Position numbers and translations under genes: made by a program | Origin: Acidimicrobiales bacterium | GTDB lineage: Bacteria; Actinomycetota; Acidimicrobiia; Acidimicrobiales; AC-14 | Assembly: GCA_036269435.1 (NCBI GenBank) | Contig: DATASA010000110.1 | Location: forward strand, 5,441-69,440 | Reading direction: 5' to 3' | DNA length: 64,000 bases | Notes under the pieces: generated by a model | The model's input: the letters and a program-made list of their open reading frames with translations, nothing else | Databases searched by the model: none | What the model was told of the DNA's origin: nothing | Shown here: piece after piece, positions 33,284 to 41,331 of the stretch | Position numbering within the stretch: the stretch's first letter is position 1 | Layout of the letters: the number at the start of each line of letters is the position of its first letter

Positions 33284-34252
33284 TCAGGCGGATGCCGGCA
33301 CGGGCGTGGGCCGGCGGGCGCCGACGAGGAAGGCCGGCGCGCCGAGCAGGCTCACGGTGATGCTCATCCCGTAGAGCAGCAGCCCGAGGCCGACGGCCTG
33401 GCCGGTGGCCACCCCGAGGGGCCGGAGCAGGACCACCAGCGCGCCCTCGCGCAGCCCCAGCCCCCCGATCGACAAGGGGAGGGCCTGGGCGATCGACACC
33501 ACCGGGATGAACGCCATCATCGCCGTCCAGCCGACCGGCAGCCCGAGGGCGTGGGCGGCCATCCACGCGGCCATGACGACGCTCAGCTGGTAACTCAGCG
33601 CCGCGGTCATCACCGCGACGGCCAGGGCCGGGTGACGCCGCAGGCGGACCAGCCCCAGGTGCACGGTCAGGGCCAGGCCCATCCACCGGCGGGCTCCCAA
33701 CCGCTCGCCGAGGCTCGGGTGGGCGGCCACGACGAGCAGCACACCCAGCGCACCCAGCGAGCCCAGCGACAGCACCACGGTGATGTGGCTGGCCGTTCCG
33801 AGGCGGAGCAGACCGGGGTTGGCCGCAAGGGCGACGAGGCTGATCAGGGGCAGCCCGACGAACCCGGTGAGCCGCTCGAGCACCACCGACGCGGCCGAGA
33901 TCCTCCGGTGGCCGTTCTCCGCCGCCAGCCGGCTGGCCCGGAGCACGTCGCCGCCGACCGTCGTGGGCAGGAAGTTGGACACGAACAGGCCGGCCAGCGT
34001 GTGGGACACCAGCGCAGGAAGTCGCGCCCGCAGCTCGAGCGCGTGCAGCATCTGCTGCCACCGCACGACCGACAGAATGACGGCTGCGACCGAGAAGGCC
34101 AGGGCGCCGAGCATCCAGAGCACCGAGCGCAGGTGATGGCTCGGGAACAGTGTGGACGGATGCAGCCGCGGCAGGACGACGGCGAGCATCGCCGCCGTCA
34201 ACACGAGCCGGACGACCAGCCAGGCCCTGCTCTTGGTCCGCTCCGCCTTCAC
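33284..34252 (-). CDS. Flippase-like / lysyl-PG-synthase TM-region family membrane protein (UPF0104)
   Basis: GTG 34252 overlaps the upstream stop (GTGA 34249-34252). NFLPTTVGGDVLRASRL motif, ~8 TM segments. Confidence 0.7.
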   Translation of the reverse strand: MKAERTKSRAWLVVRLVLTAAMLAVVLPRLHPSTLFPSHHLRSVLWMLGALAFSVAAVILSVVRWQQMLHALELRARLPALVSHTLAGLFVSNFLPTTVGGDVLRASRLAAENGHRRISAASVVLERLTGFVGLPLISLVALAANPGLLRLGTASHITVVLSLGSLGALGVLLVVAAHPSLGERLGARRWMGLALTVHLGLVRLRRHPALAVAVMTAALSYQLSVVMAAWMAAHALGLPVGWTAMMAFIPVVSIAQALPLSIGGLGLREGALVVLLRPLGVATGQAVGLGLLLYGMSITVSLLGAPAFLVGARRPTPVPASA

Positions 34253-36090
34253 CCCAACTCGAGGATGCGCTGCTTCACGCGGTCGGCGGTGTGCTCCATG
34301 CTGTACTTCGAGGCCACTTCCGCCGCCGCGGCGAGGCCCTTCTCGCGCGCCCGCTCCGGCTGCTCGTAGACCTCGCGCAGCAGGAACCGGAGGTGGTCCA
34401 TGTCGGGCTCGGCCCAGTCGAACCCGTCGTACCAGAAGCACTTCGCTTTCGCCGGGACCATGGCCTTCACCTGCAGCGGGTAGCCGATCCCGTCGTGCAG
34501 GAAGTCGGCCGGGCCGCTCCAGTCCGTGGCGATCGTCGGGAGGCCGCAGGCCATCGCCTCCAGCACCGGCATGCCCCAACCCTCGCCTCTGGTCGGCAGC
34601 ACGAAGCAGTCCGCCGACCGGTAGACGGATCCCATCTGGTAGCCGGCGAACTCGGGGTTGACCATGGCGACGATGGGCGGGCCGGACCCCAGGTTCAGAT
34701 TGGCGATCTCCCGGTACACGTCGACGCCCGGATCCCGGTTGTACACCGACAGCAGCAGGAGCACGTCGTCGGTCTTCTTGAACTCCTCGGCGAAGGCCCG
34801 CAGGAGCAGCTCGGCCGCCTTGCGCTCACCCCACTCGAACACCGACAGGAACGTGTACCGGGACGAGGGCCGGAACCCCTTGATGCCCGGGTGGAAGTAG
34901 TCGACGTCGACGCCGAGGGGCATGACCCGGATCGGCACCCGCACCCCGCTCTGGCGGAACGTCTCGACGTTGAACGAGGCCGGCACCCAGACCTCGTCCA
35001 TGAGGTTGCAGCCGTCGACCCACTCCTGGGGCAGCCCGGACACCTCCAGCATGGTCCAGCCCACCCGGCGCCGACCCTTCACGCCCTTGAACACGTCGGC
35101 CTGGCAGAACGCGACCTGGGTCACGTCGGTGCGAGCCTTGCGCTTGAGCAGGTCGTCGACGAGCAGGTGGTCGTTGGGGCCGTCGTCCTCGCCGTAGGCG
35201 TTGCGGTAGGCCACCCGCAGCCCGGCGAAGTGCATGGCGATCATGAGGTTGCGCGACTGCAGCGCGTAGCCGGGCGCCCGGTGCAGGATCGAGTGCCACA
35301 CCACGTCGGCGTCGTAGCGCTCGTCGGCCAGCCACCGGCCCCACTTGCGCTGGAACACCTTGGCCGACCGGTTGAACAGCGACCAGAAGTCGACCTTGTT
35401 CTCGCGGGTCGTCACGTTGTTGGCGTGGGTCGAGGTGACCGCGCCGGTGTAGCGGACGCCGAAGCCGGCCCGCCGGGCGCGCAGGCAGTAGTCGGTGTCC
35501 TCGAAGTAGGCGAAGAAGTCCTCGTCGAGGCCGCCGATGCGGTCGATGCACTCGTGGCGGAGATACACCTGGGCGAACACGACGCTCTCCACCGACCGGT
35601 CGCGGCGGGCCTGGTTGATGTCGAGCTCGAGGCCGCCCATCTGTTGGCCCCAGGGCGTCGAGGGCGGCATGTAGCTGCCCAGGTGGGCGATCCGGCCCTC
35701 CTGGCCCACCAGCCGCACGCCGACCACGCCGGTGTCGGCCACGGTGAAGGCGGCGTCCTGCAGCCTGGCCAGCCACGCCGGATCGGAGACCAGGACGTCG
35801 TTGTTCATGAGCACGACGTCCTCACCCGGAGCCTTGCGGGCGATCCCGATGTTGCAGCCCTTGCTGAACCCCAGATTCGAGCCGTTGGTGACGAGGGTCA
35901 GCCCCTCGATCGCCCGCAGCCATTCGACGGTGCCGTCGGTGCTGCCGTTGTCGACGACGATCAGCCGCCACGCGGGGTGGTCCGTGCACGCCCGCAGCGC
36001 GGTGACGCACCGCTTGGTCCAGTCCAGGGCGTTCCAGGTCAGGATGACGATGGCGACCGGGCGCGGCGGCCGCGACGGATCGTCGGTCAC
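34249..36090 (-). CDS. Bifunctional glycosyltransferase: N-terminal GT2 fused to C-terminal GT4
   Basis: GTG 36090 overlaps the upstream stop (GTGA 36087-36090). GT2 part: VAIVILTWNALDWT, VVDNGSTDGT, DEDFFAYFEDTDYCLR. GT4 part: PTRGEGWGMPVLEAMACGLPTIA. Confidence 0.85.
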   Translation of the reverse strand: MTDDPSRPPRPVAIVILTWNALDWTKRCVTALRACTDHPAWRLIVVDNGSTDGTVEWLRAIEGLTLVTNGSNLGFSKGCNIGIARKAPGEDVVLMNNDVLVSDPAWLARLQDAAFTVADTGVVGVRLVGQEGRIAHLGSYMPPSTPWGQQMGGLELDINQARRDRSVESVVFAQVYLRHECIDRIGGLDEDFFAYFEDTDYCLRARRAGFGVRYTGAVTSTHANNVTTRENKVDFWSLFNRSAKVFQRKWGRWLADERYDADVVWHSILHRAPGYALQSRNLMIAMHFAGLRVAYRNAYGEDDGPNDHLLVDDLLKRKARTDVTQVAFCQADVFKGVKGRRRVGWTMLEVSGLPQEWVDGCNLMDEVWVPASFNVETFRQSGVRVPIRVMPLGVDVDYFHPGIKGFRPSSRYTFLSVFEWGERKAAELLLRAFAEEFKKTDDVLLLLSVYNRDPGVDVYREIANLNLGSGPPIVAMVNPEFAGYQMGSVYRSADCFVLPTRGEGWGMPVLEAMACGLPTIATDWSGPADFLHDGIGYPLQVKAMVPAKAKCFWYDGFDWAEPDMDHLRFLLREVYEQPERAREKGLAAAAEVASKYSMEHTADRVKQRILELG

Positions 36091-37295
36091 GGGCGGCGGG
36101 GGGTGGTGGCCACGGCGGCGAAATTCTGGGGCCCGAAGAGCACGCCGTTCAAGCGGTCGATGTTGGCCGCAACCGCCGCCCACCCGTCCTGCGCGACCAG
36201 CTCCGGGGGGAGATGTTCCAGGCGCACCCCGTCCTCGACCGGCAGCACCCGTTCGATCCGTACCGCTTCGAACCCGACCGCCTCCATCGCCCAGCGCAGG
36301 GCGTCGGGGTGGATGGGCCGGACATGGGTGAGGTCGGTGTAGAAGAACCGGGCGAAGATCGACAGGGCCTCCGGGTTGGGCGTCTCCATCACGATCACCC
36401 CGCCGGGCGCGAGCTTGCGCAGCGACAGCTCCAGCAGGCCCAGCAGTTGCGGGGTGTCCAGATGCTCGGCGACCTGGCTGCAGAAGATGCCGTCGACGGC
36501 GCCTGCCTGCAGGCCGCGCAGGTGGCTGAAGGCGTCGTCGAGCACCACCTCCATGCCCGCGTCGCGCACCGCCTCGACCATGCCCTCGTCCGAGTCGACC
36601 CCGTAGGCGGGCACGCCCGCGTCGCGAAGGAGGCTGAGGAACTCGCCCCGCCCGCACCCGATGTCGACCACCTTCCGGCACGGCTCGAAGTGGGGGAGGT
36701 AGACGCGCAGCATCTCCCGAACGTCGTCGGTGGGGCCGCGGTGGCGGTCCTCGAACGCCCGGTAACGCAGTGTCGTCCGGACGGAGGGCAGGTCGGCGAT
36801 CGACGTGGGGCCGCCCGGTGCGCCGGCGCCCGCGCCGACCGGGGCGTTCGCCGTCCTCGTCGCCAGAGCGAGCAGGTCGGCGCGCAACAGGTCGACCGCG
36901 GCCTCCGTGCGGGCCTGGTCGAGACGGTTGTGCTCGATCTCGACGGTCAGCAGCTGGTCGTCGCGCATCCGGAGCCGCTCGACGATGTCGAGCATGGCGT
37001 GGTTGAACCGGCTCTGCTGCTCCATGATCGGCTTGATGTACCACCGCAGGCTGCGGCGCACGGCCCGCTTGGCCATGCGGACCACCGGGCCGACGACGGG
37101 CCGGGCCGATCCCGAGTGGAACTCGATCTCCAGGTCGGCCGGGCCGCGCAGATGGGCGGTGCCGAGGTCGCCGTGGCCGTCCGGGTCGACGAAGACCACC
37201 CGCTCCGTGTCGTCGTCCACGGGAGTCCGTTCCTGGCGGTGCAACGCAGCCTCGACCCGGGTCATCACCCGGGGGACGTCGGCGCCCCGCAGCAT
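36087..37295 (-). CDS. Class I SAM-dependent methyltransferase with ~190-aa helical N-terminal extension
   Basis: ATG 37295 abuts the wzt stop (TGATG). RWYIKPIMEQQSRFNHAMLDIVERL helical region, then VVDIGCGRGEFL, IFCSQVAEHL, LAPGGVIVMETP. Confidence 0.82.
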   Translation of the reverse strand: MLRGADVPRVMTRVEAALHRQERTPVDDDTERVVFVDPDGHGDLGTAHLRGPADLEIEFHSGSARPVVGPVVRMAKRAVRRSLRWYIKPIMEQQSRFNHAMLDIVERLRMRDDQLLTVEIEHNRLDQARTEAAVDLLRADLLALATRTANAPVGAGAGAPGGPTSIADLPSVRTTLRYRAFEDRHRGPTDDVREMLRVYLPHFEPCRKVVDIGCGRGEFLSLLRDAGVPAYGVDSDEGMVEAVRDAGMEVVLDDAFSHLRGLQAGAVDGIFCSQVAEHLDTPQLLGLLELSLRKLAPGGVIVMETPNPEALSIFARFFYTDLTHVRPIHPDALRWAMEAVGFEAVRIERVLPVEDGVRLEHLPPELVAQDGWAAVAANIDRLNGVLFGPQNFAAVATTPRRP

Positions 37296-38518
37296 CAGGA
37301 CCGCACCGTGGCCGGGGCGAGCGTCCAGTGGCCGTCGACGTGCACCATGCCGTCGCCTGCCGGCAGGGCGAGGTTCTCGGAGACGATGAACGAGTACTCC
37401 TGCTCCCGCCAGTCGTAGACCATGAGCCCGGTCGAATCGTGCAGCGCCACGGTCAGCAGGTACAGGCCCGACAGCAGCGGCAGGCGGTCGACACGGAACT
37501 CGACCACACCGTCCTCGGTCGCCGGCAGCGGGATCTCGGCCTGCCCGGTGTTCTGCCCGAACACGTGGGCCAGGTCGCCGGCCCGGTACACGGCGACGCC
37601 GCACACGAGGTCGGCGACTGCCGCGCTGCATCGGTACTGCAGCCGCACGACGAAGGGTTCACCGGTGTGGAACGCCACCGCGGCGCTGCCGTCATCGGCC
37701 CGGAAGCTCACGTCGGTGATGGTCGCCGCGGTGTCCTGCGCAGTGGCTGGCCCGCGCGAGGCGCGGCGGTGGCTGTCCTCGGCCGAGTCGGTGCGGACCT
37801 GGTCCTGGTAGCTGGCGATGACGTCGCGCGGCAGCCCCCGCTCACGGACGACCCCCTCGTCGATCCAGCACGCCTCGGTGCACAGCGCCCGGATGGTGTC
37901 GATGCTGTGGGACACCATGACGATCGTGCGGCCCTCGGAGCGGAGCTGGCCGATGCGCTCGTGGCAGCGGAGCTGGAAGCTGGCGTCGCCGACGGAGAGG
38001 ACCTCGTCGACGATGAGGATCTCCGGGTCGACGCTGATGGCGACGGAGAAGGCCAACCGGGCGTACATGCCGCTCGAGTAGTTCTTCACCGGCACGTCCA
38101 TGAAGGCGGCGATCCCGGCGAAGTCCACGATCTCGTCGTACCGGCCGTCCACGTCCCGACGGGTCTGGCCGAGCAGCGAGCCGGCGAGGAACACGTTCTC
38201 CCGGCCGGTCAGCTCGGGGTGGAACCCGGTGCCCAGCTCGAGCAGGGGCGACACCGTGCCGTTGACCTCCAGCGCCCCCCGGTTGGGTTCGAGGATGCGC
38301 GCCATGACCTTCAGCAGGGTCGACTTCCCCGACCCGTTGGCGCCGATGATGCCCATGGTGGACCCGGCGGGGACCTCGAGGTCGACACCCCGCAGGGCCC
38401 AGAAGTGGTCGTACCGGTTGCCGCCGGAGAGGACCCGCTCCTTGAGCGTGTGGGCCCGCTGGTGGTACATCCGGTAGCTCTTCCAGACGCCGGCGCAGCT
38501 GATGGCGAGGTCGGGCAT
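37295..38518 (-). CDS. wzt: Polysaccharide ABC exporter ATP-binding protein with C-terminal extra domain (Wzt/TagH-like)
   Basis: ATG 38518 abuts the wzm stop. GANGSGKST, YSSGMYARLAFS, ILIVDEVLSVGD. An additional ~150 aa after the NBD (ITDVSFRADDGS...GLYLLTVALHD...). Confidence 0.88.
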   Translation of the reverse strand: MPDLAISCAGVWKSYRMYHQRAHTLKERVLSGGNRYDHFWALRGVDLEVPAGSTMGIIGANGSGKSTLLKVMARILEPNRGALEVNGTVSPLLELGTGFHPELTGRENVFLAGSLLGQTRRDVDGRYDEIVDFAGIAAFMDVPVKNYSSGMYARLAFSVAISVDPEILIVDEVLSVGDASFQLRCHERIGQLRSEGRTIVMVSHSIDTIRALCTEACWIDEGVVRERGLPRDVIASYQDQVRTDSAEDSHRRASRGPATAQDTAATITDVSFRADDGSAAVAFHTGEPFVVRLQYRCSAAVADLVCGVAVYRAGDLAHVFGQNTGQAEIPLPATEDGVVEFRVDRLPLLSGLYLLTVALHDSTGLMVYDWREQEYSFIVSENLALPAGDGMVHVDGHWTLAPATVRS

Positions 38519-39471
38519 CAGACGATCTCGGAGAACACGCGCTGCCACCGCCCGAACGCCCACGCGCCCACGGCCACCATCACCACGGCGGCGCCGGCGT
38601 CGTAGGCCAGCAGCCGCAGCGCCGGAGGATGGTCGAGCACGACGATGTTGCGGAACGAGACCACGAGCCCGGTGACCGGGTTGAGCTTGAGCAGCCGCAC
38701 CAGCCCCGGGCGGCCGGCCACGAACTGCAGCGAGTAGATCACCGGCGTGCCCCAGAACCAGAGCTGCATGAACACGCCGACGAAGTGGGCGACGTCGCGC
38801 AGGAACACCGTGACCGCCGAGAGCAGCAGGGCGAAGCCGAAGGCCAGCAGGGCGGTGATGCCGACGATCACCGGCATCCAGACCAGGTCCACGCTGGGCA
38901 GCCCAAGGGAGACGATGGCGGCGGCCAGCAGCACCGAGAACTCGAACAGGAACGTCACCAGGCTCGACAGGACGGTGCTCAGCGGCAGGATGGCGCGGGG
39001 GAAGTACACCTTGTTCAGCAGGTAGCCCGCGCCGGTGACGCTGCCGGTCGACGCACCGACCGCGGAGCTGAAGAAGTTCCAGATGGTCAGCCCGGCGAAG
39101 AAGTAGATGGCGAAGATCGGCTTCTGGCCGTCGGCGCGCGCCACGTCGCTCGCCGGCGACTGCTTGAAGATGAAGGTGAAGATGAACCAGTAGAGGGCGA
39201 CGATCAGCAGCGGCGTGGCGAGGGACCACAGCATCCCGAGGAAGCTGCCGCGATGGCGCACCTTCAGGTCGCGCCGGACGAGGTTGGCGGTCAGCTCGCG
39301 GGCCCGCCACAGCTCGGCGACGGCGGCGACCAGGCCCTGGCGGGGCTGGGCCGGGGCGCCCGGCGCCGGCGGCGGAGGGCCGGTGACCTGCGGCGACGCG
39401 GCCGAGGGCCGATGCCGCGACGTGGTGCCAGGCGGTCGAGTCCGTCCGGCCACGCCCGTCTCGGACTTCAT
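38518..39471 (-). CDS. wzm: ABC-2 type polysaccharide exporter permease (Wzm/TagG-like)
   Basis: Start set at ATG 39471. ELTANLVRRDLKVRHRGSFLGMLWSLATPLL, 6 TM segments, NPVTGLVVSFRN. Confidence 0.85.
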   Translation of the reverse strand: MKSETGVAGRTRPPGTTSRHRPSAASPQVTGPPPPAPGAPAQPRQGLVAAVAELWRARELTANLVRRDLKVRHRGSFLGMLWSLATPLLIVALYWFIFTFIFKQSPASDVARADGQKPIFAIYFFAGLTIWNFFSSAVGASTGSVTGAGYLLNKVYFPRAILPLSTVLSSLVTFLFEFSVLLAAAIVSLGLPSVDLVWMPVIVGITALLAFGFALLLSAVTVFLRDVAHFVGVFMQLWFWGTPVIYSLQFVAGRPGLVRLLKLNPVTGLVVSFRNIVVLDHPPALRLLAYDAGAAVVMVAVGAWAFGRWQRVFSEIV

Positions 39472-39665
39472 GACCACGGCCCACGACGTTAGCAGCCACG
39501 CCCGAGGTGGCCCGGGCCACCGCGGGCGCGCCGGAGCACGCACCAGCGCATCGCGCGCCCGCACGGTGGACGATTCCCTGCCTGCTGCTACCGTAGCGGG
39601 GCACACGCCGTGTGGCTCGGGGGATGCTACTGGCGCTGCGGTGATCGTCCTGCGGAGGGAAAGCG

Positions 39666-41321
39666 ATGCGCATCAAGATGGTCTGCCTTGAGGACGGCAT
39701 TACGTCCTGCGGGTTCCGGAAGATGGCGGCGTACGTGGCCAAGCTCAACCCGGACACCGAGTCCTGCTACATCTCCACCAACCGGTTCAAGAGCCTCTCC
39801 AACCTCCTCCGCGGCACCTTCGGCACCGAGGGCGAGCTGAGCGACGAGGGCGTCGACGAGATCGCCCAGCACCTGGCCCAGGCCGACCTGGTGGGGTTCT
39901 CGTCGATGACGGGCTACGCCGAGCTGACCCGCCGGGTGGCCAAGCGCATCCGCACCATCAACCCGTCGACGTACCTGATCTGGGGGGGCATCCACCCGAT
40001 CATCGACCCCGAGGACGCCATCTGCGCCGAGGTCGACGCCATCTGCACCGGTGAGGGCGAGTTCGCCTTCGAGGAGTTCTACAAGCTGTTCACCACCGGC
40101 CAGGACTTCACCGGCGTCGGCAACTTCTGGTTCAAGGGCGAGCAGGACGGCACGGTGATCCGCAACGGGTTCCTCCCCCTGATGACCCCCGAGGAGATGG
40201 ACACGCTCCCGTTCCCGCAGTACGGGACGGGAAACGAGCGGATCTACTCCCCCAGCCACGGCTTCGTCCCCATGACCAAGGACGAATACCTGGACAACTT
40301 CAGCCTCGGCTACCAGACGGTGTGGTCGATCGGCTGCCCGTTCCACTGCTCGTTCTGCGGGAACACCAAGTTCATCGCCAACGACCCGTCGTACAAGAAG
40401 GTCCGGCACCCGAGCGCCCGCTACATCGTCGACGAGATCAAGAGCGTCCGGGAGACGTTCCCGTTCGTCAGCCAGGTCAGCTTCCACGACGACAGCTTCA
40501 TGGCCATCCCGTACCGGGAGCTGGCGCAGTTCGCGGAGCTGTGGCACGAGGAGTTGCCCGACATCCCCTTCACCGTCTACGGCGTGATCCCGAACTATGT
40601 GAAGCAGGAGAAGTTCGACATGCTCACGTGGGCCGGGATGCACCGGGTCCGCATGGGCATCCAGAGCGGCAGCCAGCAGATCCTCGACTTCTACAAGCGG
40701 CCCACACCGCCAGAGCGCATCCTCGAAGCGGGCGCCGTCATCGGCACGTTCTCGGGGAAGTACCACATCCCGCCGGCGTACGACATCATCGTCGACAACC
40801 CCGTCGAGACCCGCCAGGACGTCATCGACACCCTCGAGCTGCTGTACAAGATCGAGCGGCCGTACACGCTGTACATCTACTCGCTCAAGATCATCCCCAA
40901 CACCGAGATGTCGCGCGCCATGACGGAACGGGGCATCGACCTCGAGGGCATCTCGTCGAGCTTCATGGTGATCCCGCCCCGGGCCGCCAACCTCATGCTC
41001 TACATCCTGACGGTCTGCCGGCCGCCCCGGTGGGTGTTCGACCAGATGCTGCGGTTCGTCAAGCCGAGCTCCGAGGAGCAGAAGATGTACCCCCGGCTGG
41101 GGACCTTCCTGCGGTCGGTCTACATCGGCAAGCGGGCCCTGGAGCACCTGCGGTTCGCCGACGTGTCCGTGCTCCCTGGGAAATCCGGCTACGTGCTCTG
41201 GAAGCTCGGCATCGTCGGCTTCGCCCACAGGCGCTTCGTCAAGCGGTCCCCGAAGCCGGACCCCAAGCAGTACAAGCCGAAGGACGTGGCCAGCAGAATC
41301 CCGGTGATGGAGGTCGGCTGA
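39666..41321 (+). CDS. B12-binding-domain radical SAM enzyme (class B, methyltransferase-like)
   Basis: ATG preceded by GGAGGGAAAG. N-terminal cobalamin-binding-type fold (DLVGFSSMTGYAE...IWGGIHP) and CPFHCSFC (CxxxCxxC). 551 aa. GC visibly lower than the neighbouring genes. Confidence 0.85.
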   Translation: MRIKMVCLEDGITSCGFRKMAAYVAKLNPDTESCYISTNRFKSLSNLLRGTFGTEGELSDEGVDEIAQHLAQADLVGFSSMTGYAELTRRVAKRIRTINPSTYLIWGGIHPIIDPEDAICAEVDAICTGEGEFAFEEFYKLFTTGQDFTGVGNFWFKGEQDGTVIRNGFLPLMTPEEMDTLPFPQYGTGNERIYSPSHGFVPMTKDEYLDNFSLGYQTVWSIGCPFHCSFCGNTKFIANDPSYKKVRHPSARYIVDEIKSVRETFPFVSQVSFHDDSFMAIPYRELAQFAELWHEELPDIPFTVYGVIPNYVKQEKFDMLTWAGMHRVRMGIQSGSQQILDFYKRPTPPERILEAGAVIGTFSGKYHIPPAYDIIVDNPVETRQDVIDTLELLYKIERPYTLYIYSLKIIPNTEMSRAMTERGIDLEGISSSFMVIPPRAANLMLYILTVCRPPRWVFDQMLRFVKPSSEEQKMYPRLGTFLRSVYIGKRALEHLRFADVSVLPGKSGYVLWKLGIVGFAHRRFVKRSPKPDPKQYKPKDVASRIPVMEVG

Positions 41322-41331
41322 GGCTGGCCGA

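Noticed and set aside
39666-41321. Horizontally acquired island or mobile element around the lower-GC radical SAM gene
   Set aside because: No integrase, transposase, tRNA attachment site or flanking direct repeats are visible. The GC dip is confined to one gene and may reflect its Lys/Phe/Tyr/Ile-rich composition. It is reported only as a compositional observation.
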